Below, one piece after another: positions 38,747-51,259 of a DNA stretch of 64,000 nt (position 1 is its first letter; each line of letters starts with the position of its first letter). The stretch covers positions 16,616,001 to 16,680,000 of the forward strand of contig OZ024746.1 in NCBI GenBank assembly GCA_964016885.1, read 5' to 3'. Below the pieces are notes generated by a model. The model was not told where the DNA came from, made no database searches, and worked only from the letters and a program-made list of their open reading frames with translations. Source of the stretch: Eledone cirrhosa. Its lineage: Eukaryota. A program made the translations under genes and the position numbers.

Positions 38747-39299
38747 CTAGCAGTAAAACCACCCTTCGGGTGGTTTTCTGCTAGCATGTGTAGTGTGTAT
38801 ATTGATATTATACGCAAGTATATATACATGTAGATATGATACATCAAATAAAATCGTAATTGACAATATAAACAGAAATTGAACAAGACATTGTTACACT
38901 GTCTTATGTAATCAGTGACGTAATCCGTGATACATTAAAAAAAGACGATATTATATATAAACTGCATTAGGAGAAAATTAGTGACAGAAAATTAGTATGT
39001 TTATTTAAGTGATCGCCACCGGAAGTGTTGACATCACACACTCTCTCTTTCTATATATATGGTAGTTGAAGTGGTGGGGGAGGGGGGGGGCAACACTACA
39101 CCGGAAGTGCAACTTTGAAAAGAAGTCAATTTTAAATTATTTATTTTTACGAAATTATTTTTGTTTACGAAATTTAGTAGATACATTATGTAATCATTCA
39201 TTCATTATTTATTCAAAGTAATCCAACTTATTTTACTAACGGGATAAAAAAAAATAAACCGTACGCAGTCCCGCAGACCTTCCTTTATTATAGTTTAGA
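38747..39299 (-). mobile_element. Non-autonomous Helitron, second family (copy 1)
   Basis: A|TCTAAACTATAATAAAG 5' end; 3' hairpin aaaaccaccc-gaa-gggtggtttt then CTAG|T. Confidence 0.72.
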
Positions 39300-41134
39300 T
39301 TGTCCTCCAAGATGTGTCTGGGAACTGTCTCACAGTAAGCAAGTCTGCTATAGATATAACCTCATACCAATTAACAAACGAAGGGGAAGGGTGGCAAGAG
39401 CTCTGGTGTAGCAGAAGAGAGGGGAGGGGTAAAGGGGGAGGGTGAATGGGCTTTGGGCCACAACATCCAGTCCAAATAAATGAGATAATGAGATCGAGAT
39501 CGTGTAGATGTCACGACAAAAAAAAACAGTCCACGCTGTAATGTGGTCATGTAGGTAACATGGTAAAAAGTTCCCAGTTCCACACTGTAAATGTGGTTGT
39601 TAGAAAGGGCATCCAGCCATAGAAAACCTGCTAGATAGTCCTAGGTGAGCGACACACGGTCACCCGACCAGCCTTGCCTCAAGTGGGACAACTCCCATCT
39701 AACCCATGCTAGCGTGGAAGATAGACATTAAACGAAGATGATGATGATGATGAATATATATATATATCTATCTAAGGCGGGTAAAATTCCCGAGATCCAT
39801 GGACGAGTTCTCTCCAGCGGTCTCTGTCCCTCATTATCGCTGCCATGTCCAGCGTCTCCAACAGACCAGTGTCTGTCCTTAGGGCATCAACATACGTTAA
39901 CCTTGGTCTTCCTCTTCTAGTGTGTCCATGTAGGGGCTCCCAATATATATTATATATATATATATATAATATATATATATATATATAATATAATAAATCA
40001 CATTAATACATCAATTTTGCAGTTGAAGGATTAACATTTATTACATAACTGACACGTTTCGCCAATAAGCAGATGAACAATATTGGACGGTCTACCAAGT
40101 ACTGAAGTGTGGCTACTGACCTGCCAGTCAGGCCAGGGGTGTGTCTCTCGCTTACATACAGACCTTCGGTCTACTGAGTGCACACTAAAGGATCCTCCCA
40201 ACTCTTTGGGTATTATTGACTGAGTCAGTACTTAATAAGAGCTGCTATCCTCATTGACAGGTTGGGTGAATGCATCTTGCATGTTTTTTAAAGCTGGATG
40301 CCCTTCCTAACACTAACCACATTACAGAATGTACTGGGTGCATTTTATCATGGAATCAGCACTAGGGAGGTTGTTGTGTCTAGTATAACTGAAGAGTCCT
40401 CTCGATTCTTTTGGCATGATTGCTATGACTGGATGTCCTTCCTAATTCTAACCCAATTACAGAGTGGACTGGATGCATTTTATAGTGGTACTAGACCTAG
40501 GGAGTTTGTCTTATCTTTGACACAACTGACGTGTCTTTTCTACTCTGTTAGCATGATGACTAACGTTTGTTGCTCTTCTTAATGCCAACCATTTTACTGA
40601 ATGTATTTGATGCATTTATTGTGGCTCCAAATAATATTATATAAGTTTTTTTTTATATTTTAATATGATTCTTGGCTGTCACAGAAGCTATTCAATCTAG
40701 AACTAAATTCATACAAGAGGACAGAAAAATTGAGTGGCCAACATAGATTACATAAAAAACTAAACATCCTGTTTGGAGCTATCTTATCTACAATGGCATA
40801 CTATTTTTTGGGTTGATAAGTGTTTGGTTTGACATCAAGGTAGGTCTCATACAATGTCAGTTTTTTTTTTTTTGTATTGATTTGAAAAAATATATTAGAG
40901 TGTGTATCTGCAATGTATCACGTGTGTCTGTGTATGTGAAAGAGAGAGTAAGTGTGTATATGAGTAAGAGAGAAGAAAAGAGTATTTATGTGTGTATGTG
41001 TCTTTATTTCTAAAGAGGAACATTTTTTAATGTTTTCAACAACATGTGTATGAATCATCATCATCATCATCATTTTCTATATTGGCTTGGATTGGACAGG
41101 TTGTTACAGAATAAGTCAGGCTTAATTAGAGCCA

Positions 41135-41670
41135 CTAGCAGTAAAACCACCCTTCGGGTGGTTTTCTGCTAGCATGTGTAGTGTGTATATTGATATTATA
41201 CGCAAGTATATATACATGTAGATATGATACATCAAATAAAATCGTAATTGACAATATAAACAGAAATTGAACAAGACATTGTTACACTGTCTTATGTAAT
41301 CAGTGACGTAATCCGTGATACATTAAAAAAAGACGATATTATATATAAACTGCATTAGGAGAAAATTAGTGACAGAAAATTAGTATGTTTATTTAAGTGA
41401 TCGCCACCGGAAGTGTTGACATCACACTCTTTCTATATATATATGGTAGTTGAAGTGGTGGTGGCAACACTACACCGGAAGTGCAACTTTGAAAAGAAGT
41501 CAATTTTAAATTATTTATTTTTACAAAATTATTTTTGTTTACGAAATTTAGTAGATACATTATGTAATCATTCATTCATTATTTATTCAAAGTAATCTAA
41601 CTTATTTTACTAGCGGCATAAAAAATAAACCGTACGCAGTCCCGCAGACCTTCCTTTATTATAGTTTAGA
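41135..41670 (-). mobile_element. Non-autonomous Helitron, second family (copy 2, inside the duplication)
   Basis: Same termini and flanks as copy 1. Confidence 0.72.
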
Positions 41671-41699
41671 TTGTCCTCCAAGATGTGTCTGGGAACTGT

Positions 41700-42020
41700 C
41701 TCACAGTAAGCAAGTCTGCTATAGATATAACCTCATACCAATTAACAAACGAAGGAGAAGGGTGGCAAGAGCTCTGGTGTAGCAGAAGAGAGGGGAGGGG
41801 TAAAGGGAGAGGGTGAATGGGCTTTGGGCAAGGAGGCAGAAATGCTTCGCCCCGTGGACAAGACGGTAAAAGCATTCCCACGGACGATGGCCAGTGACAC
41901 CAGCCACCCAACATCGGGGGGCTCCCTCCTCAGACAGGCCGCCAACGTTCCGATCTTGCTGAGGAGCTCAGCAGTATGAGGTCTAAGTACGCTTGGGGTC
42001 TCGATGGCGACCAGTGTGAA
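41700..42020 (-). mobile_element. 3' fragment of an RLE-type (CRE-like) non-LTR retrotransposon
   Basis: Encodes VAIET...SLAIVRGNA, resembling the C-terminal motif of CRE-clade elements. Confidence 0.65.
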
Positions 42021-43179
42021 AAAAACAAAAAACAACTATAGTTCCTTTGAAGAGGTCAATCACTGCTCAGTGACTTATTTCTACACATTCCTCAGAAAAT
42101 TATTTATTTATTGAAATAAACCCATTTTCCCGAAGAAGTTTAGAGGGGTCACAAGCTGAAACTGAAGATCTCGTGGTTAGACCTTTATTTTATTAATCTC
42201 TAAACCCATGCTAGCATGGAAGATAGAGATTAAACAATGATGATGATGATGATACACTCACTCTGTATCTCCTCATACATTGAGTACTACTCTGATTTAT
42301 GGTCTTTGCACTGCAGACACTCCATATATGTATGTAGAGACATAAAGCAGTGATAATATGTGTGTATTTTGTCTGTATTCATACTCTTCTATCTGTTCCA
42401 CTGCTGTGGGCTGTGGCTATGCTGGGGCACTCTTTCAGAAAAACCCAGTGGTATTTGTTTATGTCTTATGGCTTAGCACTTAAATTGGTGAAGATTAGTA
42501 GAGTATGTACTATACTTAAAGATACATAAGGGTTGGCATCAGAGAGAACCATAAAATATCGCCTCAAAAATAATCTCCTTCATCATATACCAGAATGGAA
42601 AAGCAGATGTATAGATGACGATGGTTGATAACAAGGATGATGACATTAATGATAATAAAGATGATAATGATTATGATGATGGATAATACAACAGTTTCCT
42701 ATCCTCAGAATTTTCGTTCATAACAATTCCATTTTGAATTTCAGAATATTAAATTTGTCAGCGCAGGCCACCATTTCATTATATCAGTGGCAGAAGCATT
42801 CATTATTATCACCATCCTTTTTACATGCACTTTTCAGATATCTGAACTAAAGAACTAACTCTAAACTTACAAATCACTTTTGGAATCTTAAAGACAGTGG
42901 CACGATTTCCTCTTTCAAATGGATGATCCTAGAAAAATAATCCTATTTAAATGACTTGAAGATATGTCAATTATGTACAGCGGAAAGGTGGTTTATGTTG
43001 AAAATTTACTTGTCACTAGTTGATTGCTTGTTTTATCTGTGTCTTGTTTGTTCTATTAGTTTGGTTTTTGTGTGTCTATGTATGTCTTTATCTTGGCTTT
43101 AGTTACTAGTTATGATGTCGTTGTTATTCCACTAATGTTTTCTGTTGAATTTTGGTTGGAATTTATGTTTGTCACTTCT

Positions 43180-43437
43180 GTAAATAAACGTATAAAGACA
43201 TACACCCGGATATACAACCCAAGTACACACCTCACAAAAACAAGATGGTGTAGGAGAGACACAAATTAATAAATTAGTCGCCGAGGAGGTCACAGAATGT
43301 GTGACGAAAGACCTTTGACAATAAAAACTATCTGGTTATTAAACTAATCAACTAGAAATTTATAATAAATTGAAGTGAAAACCAACAGGTGCGTGTGTTT
43401 TTACTGGCAACACGACCCTCCCATAGTATAACAATAT
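43180..43437 (+). mobile_element. Solo pLTR related to Penelope-like element 1, with a near-intact hammerhead at 43277-43319
   Basis: Shares aagatggYgtag, gaaaaccaac..gtgMgtgtgtt and gaccctccc..agtataacaatat with 8888-9180. Motif: gtcg-CCGAGGA-g-gtcaca/tgtgac-GAAA-gacctt-tgac. Confidence 0.65.
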
Positions 43438-46400
43438 CTGTTTCAACACACGTTTTCAGATAAGAAATCTAGCAATTACAAAAACGATGTGTGCGCGCGT
43501 GCACACATACACCCGCACAGAATCGATTGTTACTCCTGACAAAAGCATTTAACTTTTGATAACCTAAGTTCTTGCACTACTGAAAACAATAGATAAACCC
43601 CAGTGTCTTCAATGTAAGGTACTCTTCCCGAAGCATTTAACTGATGTTGACCAAAGCTTTATTTGAAATATAATAAACGAGATGCGTTTAAAAGGTAGTT
43701 ATGGTTGTACTTCTAACGAAGGGACATAACTCATAGTTACTAAACTGGCGGATACTCCTAATCAAGGGAGATAACTCTCAACATAGTATTGTACAAAAAA
43801 CGTTATCTGAAAATAAAAGACATGATCACGGTTGGAACACCTCTGATCTTAAATCTATTGGAACGAGGCTACGTTGTGTCTAAAAAGGTAAACACAGGAA
43901 CACTTCATGCTTGCAAAGCTATGCTTACATATTATTTGCCCTTGTGAAACCGGTAAAACTTGCGAGACAATCAAGGAATCTCTTCCACATGCGATGTATG
44001 TAGCGTCCCTTTAGGGTTTACCGGCTACATAGCCTATTCCATTTTCTCTTCCCCTTTCGGTAATCACCGAATTCGGTTTCAGGTGCCCCAGAGACGAATA
44101 AGTACCAATCTCTCTCCATAAAAGAAGGTGGGCTGGTCACAACTGGAACATTTTTGACAATAGATCTGTTAGATCAATCTTAATGTGGATATAAACAACA
44201 AAATATTAGAATGTTTTCAGTTCAACTAACAATTAGTAACAGGAGCATATCGGGCGGTGTAGTGAGAATTAACTTCCTTTGTCTCAATATTACCCGCATT
44301 AGCGGGCGGTTTAAAATCACTACGTAGCTTATAATTCTTCGGGTAACATGATTTTACAAATAAATTTAATTATGAATTTTGACAGCAACAAAACCTTATC
44401 TGAAGCAGTCGTATTTTCAAAGATGGAGATATTTTATTGTAATTTTTTGGCAGTATGAAGGCAGCTTCATTGTAATCGCTCGGTCTCTTAGAAACGCCAA
44501 TATAATCACCTGTGTCAAAATAAGGAGAGGGAGGGCATATCAGACAATATAATCCTAGATATACTGTCTTAATAAAAGCTGGAATGGTCACCGTCGGAAC
44601 ACCTTTAATCATATGTCATGTTAATCAGAGCTGAACAACAAAGTTCGTACAACGAGCTATTCTCAATGTAATTGTTCGGCCTGTTAGAAACAGTATTCAA
44701 ATCTCCCTGACACATTGTATGTTGTTCTAAAGACATTGTCTAAAGAAGGATCCGGGATGGTCACAACTGAAATGTCTCTGATCATAGGCCAGCTGCATTA
44801 GACATCACCTGTGATTAAACAACAAAGACTATCAGTATGTGGGGGCGGGGTGACTGTTTATATCCACAAATGACTGGATTATATTTTATTAACTAAACTA
44901 CAGTAATTTATAATTATAGATATTTCTCCCATTAACATGCGAGAGTTGGGTTGTGATGTCCGTGGTATGTTGTGATATTTCTTTACCCTTTACCAATAAA
45001 TCTTTCGGAATTTACATGCTCTCGGATCTCCAATAATGTCCCCCACCACTCGCTTATTATATTTTCAGATTTTTTCTACCACCCTTATTAAATTTTGCTA
45101 CTCTATCTCCAGCGAAATTTTATTTTAAGTGGTAGCATTCCTGTGACAATTAATTTACTTTATACATTTAAAAATACATGACAAAAAAAGAACATTACAA
45201 GAAATCCCATTCGTTATAAAATAAGATGAGTTTGGGGTCTCAATATGAAAAGTTCAACGGAGACAACCTCGAAAAATTACCTATTTTCCACCCCCACCCC
45301 TATTGTTTGGAACTCGAGTATACAGATCCGATCAGGTACCGTTCATATTATTATCAGGGTAATTATGGCCTATATGGTGTAGTATCTGTGAATGTGTGAG
45401 TCCCAAATGTTTAAAGCTTTATATAAGACATCTTCAGTAATAGTAAAGACTGATCAATCACACTGAACAGATAAATAAAGAGCTGAAGGGAAATCCTCTC
45501 TTAATCTGGTAACTAGTCATATATAAAGCTTTACATATTCACAGACCATAACTGTATTGCTCCTATCATTTTTGGGGAATGCAGACGTTCATAATTTTCT
45601 GGCATATATTTTTAAGCACGCCAATCATTATTACGACATCTTTATTCATTATTGTATTGTACATATTTTGTTTTGTGTAATTAAAATAAACGAGCAAAGT
45701 ATACAATATTTTTTTGAAAATTTAAGAATTTTCCGACAATTTTTTTGGTAGTGCAGCTGCACCCCCAGCAATACGTCACAGACACTACACCAAACAGGCT
45801 ATAATCAGCATACATAGTAAAATAAAAGATACCTGATTGATCTGTATATATAAGTTCTGAATGATTTATTGATAAATAAATGTCACAACATGCGTAGACA
45901 TCACTTTACGTCTTTTCCACGTATCTGCTGAAAAGCCGTCTACTTAATAATGAAAGATCGCCAAAGTCAGTCCGTGAAGAAATGCTTTTAATCTAATTTA
46001 ATTAGTGAGTAAATAAAACATTTGAAATATAATGAAATCATCTCAACATTATAGTCCGCAGTGAATATGTGACAGGACAGCACACAACATCCGGTTACTC
46101 CGCACTACTTCTGCAATTAAGTCTAACATTGTTTTTATATCTTCTTCCTAGTCTTAATTATTTTGATAACGATAAATGTTTTGTTGGGGGATGGAGTCAA
46201 CGTATTATTATTTTTTCCTGTTTTTAAAAGAAGAATTTAGCATGATCTATGGGGGGGGGGGGGTATATAGAAAGAAAAAATAAACAAAATAAACTTCAAA
46301 ACAATCACGTACATTTGTATATTTATTTAAAGAATATTTATATTAATGAAATAAAAGGGCTAATCTAAATTTTAAATTTAAAAATATTTGTGTATTTAAA

Positions 46401-46722
46401 GTGAAGGCTGCCCTCCTTTTCCTAAATTACACTGTGTTTGTGTCCGCCACTGCGGCCCTTAAAATAATATCCTTGTATGTCACATCAATTACATATACTA
46501 TAATATATTGTAGGAATGTTTGATATTGTTCTCAAACAAGATATTGACGAAGAAAGAAATCAGATTAGGTATTATCTTATACAATTTATAAAATACTGAA
46601 GACAGAGCACTTTTTTTCGCGTTTGTATACCGTTTTTGTTTCAAAACCAATTACTTTCGTTAATTTCTGTCGGTGCTCATTCTAAATTCTATATTGTTTA
46701 CTATCTAAATACTCGACAAATC

Positions 46723-48570
46723 ATGGAAAAGGCTCGGAAGCGGCGAATTGGAGAGGAAAAGAGAAGATTTCAAGAGAAGTGGACCAGAGAATATTTTGTT
46801 GTTCAACAAAATGACAAAGTTTTATGTCTAATTTGCCGAAGAATCGGTGCCTGTCTCAAGGAATACAATATTAAAAGACATTATAATTCACATCATAAAG
46901 CTTATAACATGTTAGTTGGAGATGAAAGGAACATGAAACTAGAATTACTGTTGAAGAATATTGCCGACCAAACATTTGTGTTCCAGACAGCCCAGAGTGA
47001 AGTATCAGTTTACGCTAGTTATATTCTAGCTTATGAACTTGTTAAAAGTGCCAAACCATTGTCGGAGGGAGAGTTTGTGAAACAATGTATGATGAAAATA
47101 GTTGATGTTGTCTTTCCTGATAAAAAACAACTTCTAGACGATGTTGATATGTCGAATATGACCATGTTTCGAAGAATTATAGATATCGGGGAAGATCTCC
47201 AGAATCAACTGCAAAACCACTCTGAAAATTTTGTATCTTATTCCATATCTTTAGACATTTGTAACGATGTTGGTGAGACACCACAGCTTTTGGTGTTTGT
47301 CAGGGGTGTTCAAGAAAATTTCGATATTCACGAGGAATTACTTTCAGTTGAAGGTCTGTCAGAGAAAGTCACAGGAATTGATATATTCCACGCCACATGT
47401 CGAGCTTTAAATGCCAATAATATGAACTGGGAACTGTTGGTAGGGGTCACTACAGATGGAGCGCCAGCTACGATTGCTAAAAAATCTGGTGCCATTGCTT
47501 TATTACGCCAAAAAATGAGGCAAAAATATTACATGAATTTAATCTCCTACAACCGTCTTATTCCCCAGGAGACACTTATAAGTAATGTCTTATTGATGGG
47601 AAATGTTATAAGTGTTGTCGTCAAATGTGTGAACCTGTTAAAAAATGAAGTCCATCAACATAACTGCTTCAAAGCATTTTTAGAAGATTCCAAGTCAGAA
47701 TTTGGTGACGTTTATTTATCCACTATTCGATGGGTCAGTAATAGTTCCTCACTCAGACGATTCTTTTTCTTAAGAAATGAAATAAAGGAATTTTTGTACC
47801 AAAAAGATCTTGAGTTAGTAGGCATTATGGATAGCAACTGGATTCGTGATTTGGCATTTCTGGTCGATATTTCTTCTATTTTAAATGAGTTAAACACACA
47901 ACTTCTTGGGAATGGTAAGTTTGCCACAACACTCTTTGAATATATTAAAGCTACTGGGGAAAAACTCCAACTATTGCAGAAACAACTAAAAGAAAATAAC
48001 CTCACTCATTTCCCAACCTGCAAACTGTTGTTGGATGATGGGTTCAAAGTTTATAAAGAGGGTTGTATAGTCTTGGATAAAAGTTGCTCAATTTTAGAAA
48101 CAGTTTGCACTGAAAAATACATCCAAATAATTCAACGTGCCATAGAGTTTTTGGATTTAAATGAACATTCACAAGCATTAGAAATTTTTGAAAATCCTTT
48201 TTCTATATCACCAGAAAATGGTCCCTCAGCCATTCAGTTAGAACTTATTGACTTACAGGAACACTCCAAGTTTAAATATGCTTTCTGTGAAAAAAGTCTA
48301 ATTAACTTTTATAAGGATCTTCCAGCCGAAGACTATCCCAAGTTACGCCATCATGCACAACAAATGGCTTCATTGTTTGGAAGTACATACATCTGTGAAA
48401 AAACGTTCACCATGATGAATTTAAATAATTCCTTGTTCCAAAGCAAATTTACCGAAACTTATTGCCATCCTTATCTCCGTATTCTAACATCAAATTATTA
48501 TCCCAGGATGGAGAACATCCTGGCCAAAAAATCAGCCTCCATAATTTCTGGAGATTATGTCTATTATTAA
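46723..48570 (+). CDS. GTF2IRD2-like hAT (Buster/Charlie/SPIN-type) transposase-derived protein, 615 aa
   Basis: Uninterrupted ORF with BED-like finger CLIC...RHYNSHH, KPLSEGEFVK, SISLD...QLLVFVR, TTDGAPA, RW, LAFLVDI and FGSTYICEKTF. Confidence 0.9.
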   Translation: MEKARKRRIGEEKRRFQEKWTREYFVVQQNDKVLCLICRRIGACLKEYNIKRHYNSHHKAYNMLVGDERNMKLELLLKNIADQTFVFQTAQSEVSVYASYILAYELVKSAKPLSEGEFVKQCMMKIVDVVFPDKKQLLDDVDMSNMTMFRRIIDIGEDLQNQLQNHSENFVSYSISLDICNDVGETPQLLVFVRGVQENFDIHEELLSVEGLSEKVTGIDIFHATCRALNANNMNWELLVGVTTDGAPATIAKKSGAIALLRQKMRQKYYMNLISYNRLIPQETLISNVLLMGNVISVVVKCVNLLKNEVHQHNCFKAFLEDSKSEFGDVYLSTIRWVSNSSSLRRFFFLRNEIKEFLYQKDLELVGIMDSNWIRDLAFLVDISSILNELNTQLLGNGKFATTLFEYIKATGEKLQLLQKQLKENNLTHFPTCKLLLDDGFKVYKEGCIVLDKSCSILETVCTEKYIQIIQRAIEFLDLNEHSQALEIFENPFSISPENGPSAIQLELIDLQEHSKFKYAFCEKSLINFYKDLPAEDYPKLRHHAQQMASLFGSTYICEKTFTMMNLNNSLFQSKFTETYCHPYLRILTSNYYPRMENILAKKSASIISGDYVYY

Positions 48571-50505
48571 TCTCTTGTCTCATCATATTTTGGGAGTATT
48601 TTATTTAATTATTTCACTGTCTCCCTACAACACCTCTCATACTTTGGTGCTTCCCATCTACTGTAATATTGCATTTATTCTTTGAGTATCGTTTTCAGGT
48701 TTATTCAATTGAATTTTGTCTAAATTTCTGGCATGAAGAATTATTACTATAAACTGATTTATTTGAACTGCAGCCCTCACACTGATTTTTACACCAACAC
48801 CCACCCACACATATATATAAGGATGGTTTCCCATTGGAAAGAAACCACAATTAAATAAGGTACTCAATATGTTAGTAGAGAAGTAGCATATCCATTTTAT
48901 ATAGAAATGATTTAATATGAATGAAACAGTTCTAGTTTTGTAAGTCATTTCTATATAATCTATATATATATATTATAAAATGATATATCCAGACAAGTGT
49001 CCTCACCACAACACTTCGGTCAGTGTACTTTCCAGCCTTCTTCAGAGGACTTGTATTTTGTAACATTCTCAGAATTTTAAACTAACCCCCCCTCCCTTAT
49101 TAATATCACATAGGTAGATTGTTCAAGTTCTGTAGTCCATATCTAGGATATCCTCATATTAATTAGTGACATAACAAATAACTAATACAAGAATATCTAA
49201 GACATGGAATAAGAACAATCTACTTCTGTGGTTTGAATACAGTTTTTGTTTTGAAATTCTGAGAACATTACTATTAGTAGGTTATTTATAGATTATCCTT
49301 GTATTATTTGTAATGTTGCTAATTAATATGAAGATACCCTGACCATGAACCCCATGGTTTAAATAATTCCATGAATATTACTAATTACAAGAGATATCTG
49401 AAGAAGGCCAGAGGGTAGTACAGCCAAAATATTTGAAGACATTCAATCAGAATATATTAGTTTACAATAAGAATTTCATATATAAAATGAAATCTATTAC
49501 TCATGATGTATCAATTATGGATAACAAAACCAATAATTTCATTCAATTCACAAAACAAAAAAAAAGCAAAACTATTTTACCCAGAATTTTTTTGCTTTTC
49601 TCCATCTAAATCCAACAAAACTCAAGAACAACCCACAGATGACCTCTGGTCAAACTTGTACAGTATGACAAAAACAAAAATTATTCTAATTATTGATTTC
49701 TAATTTAGGCACAAGGCCAACAGTTTGGGGAAGAGGAAATGGAAAGTTGAATACACTAACCCCCAGTATGTGACTGGTACCTTTATTTTTTTTCAACACT
49801 GGAAGAATGAAAGGCAATATGGACCTTGGCAGGATTTGAACTAAGAATATAAAAAGTCAGAAGAAATGCTGCAATAGCATTTTATCCTATGCTCTACCGA
49901 TTCACCACTCACGATTACATTCTAAATATTGAAAGTTGGTTTCAGTTGAGGAGTCAATTTCAAGAACTACAAGCATTTAATCTTCACTGCTAAAACCGAG
50001 TTAGACTTGTGAATCCTATGACAGGCCTATTTTCTGTATCCCCACCTTCAATCTTTCTCTCTCTACAGCTTTAAGAAAGCAAATTAAAAATGCTTTAACC
50101 CTTTTGTTATATTTTTAGTGAAAGACATGCTTATGAAAATAATCAAGAATTTGGAGAGATTTAGTAATACAACTAATTTTCTCGTTAATAAGTTGGTGTC
50201 TGCAACGTAACAAAGTTTCAAACATGAAATTAAGATAGGAAGTTTTTAGATAAATATAAACAGCTTTTTAATGTGATTTTGTGTGGTTTGGTATCAAGAG
50301 GATTAAATTTATATGATCTCATTAGATTTTATAATGAGGGAGAGTTCTTCGGTATTTTAACCATCATGGCTAAGGCCATGCTGGAGAATGGTCTTCAGTA
50401 AGAGAGAAAAGAAGTGAGAGACTTTTGAAGCTTTTATTCACAACATTTTTAACGTATTTCAACAAAATGGTAAATATAGAAGAAAAAAGAATAAAGCCAT
50501 AGAAT

Positions 50506-50538
50506 TTATCTGTCTAGGATCTTGAAGAAATATTCAAC
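50506..50538 (-). CDS. NME7: Nucleoside diphosphate kinase 7, coding exon 9 (VEYFFKILDR*)
   Basis: Acceptor catag; matches the NME7 C-terminus VQYFFKILD. Confidence 0.9.
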   Translation of the reverse strand, partial: VEYFFKILDR

Positions 50539-50649
50539 CTATGATAAAGAAAAATATGAATAAAACAAACTTTTACAATTGTTTTAACACATATATATAT
50601 AATGTATTTGTATGGGTACACGGGCTAGCAAAGAATGTAGGCTTTGTGT

Positions 50650-51130
50650 GTGGTAGATGCAAAGGAGCAACAAAAGGTCACGTGACTCCTTATTGGTAGT
50701 TGATAGCCTCTGTTATCTGAGACCAAATTGCAGTGGGGATGGGTGTACTGAAAGTATAGTGGCCAGCTACAAAAAATGGTATTCTCTCTCACAGCAAAAG
50801 GCAGATTGTATGATGCTTGAGTGCAAATGGCAATGTTGCATGACTGAGAATTGGGCTTTGTGTGCAGAAGATTTAGGAAGATTGGAAAGAAATGTAGCAA
50901 GTTGCTCCAATGAGTGTGTAATACATGAATGACGAAGCATCAATGAGATGAGAGAAAAAGTTGGGCATAAGAGGGATCAGATGCAGTGTACAGGAGAGGA
51001 GACAATGTTGGTAAGAACATGTGATGCAAAGAGGATTACAGCTGCATAGAGAATTGCAGAGTACTTGGAATTGATGGAGCCTATGAAAGGGGAAGGGTTA
51101 AGAAAATTTGGGATGATATAATAATAATGA
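50650..51130 (+). mobile_element. Highly degraded RTE fragment
   Basis: Remnants such as LCYLR...GDGCTESI and WALCAEDLGRLERN. Confidence 0.6.
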
Positions 51131-51259
51131 AAATATTGTGTACAGTGCTCAGGTGCACTACAACTCATCATAAAGTGTATGTATAGGGTAATGTACAAAC
51201 GTCAGGAAAATGAACAGTGCATGAGTCATGATATACACGTGTGTATGGAAGGGGTACAT

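Larger units (their letters stand above)
35976..41829 (+). repeat. Local tandem segmental duplication (X-Y-Z-X-Y-Z-X)
   Basis: 37601-39458 is nearly identical to 39990-41829, and 35976-36395 to 39348-39765. Confidence 0.93.

Noticed and set aside
46636-46722. TTG-initiated N-terminal extension of the hAT-derived ORF
   Set aside because: Eukaryotic gene; homology-like sequence starts at the ATG at 46723.
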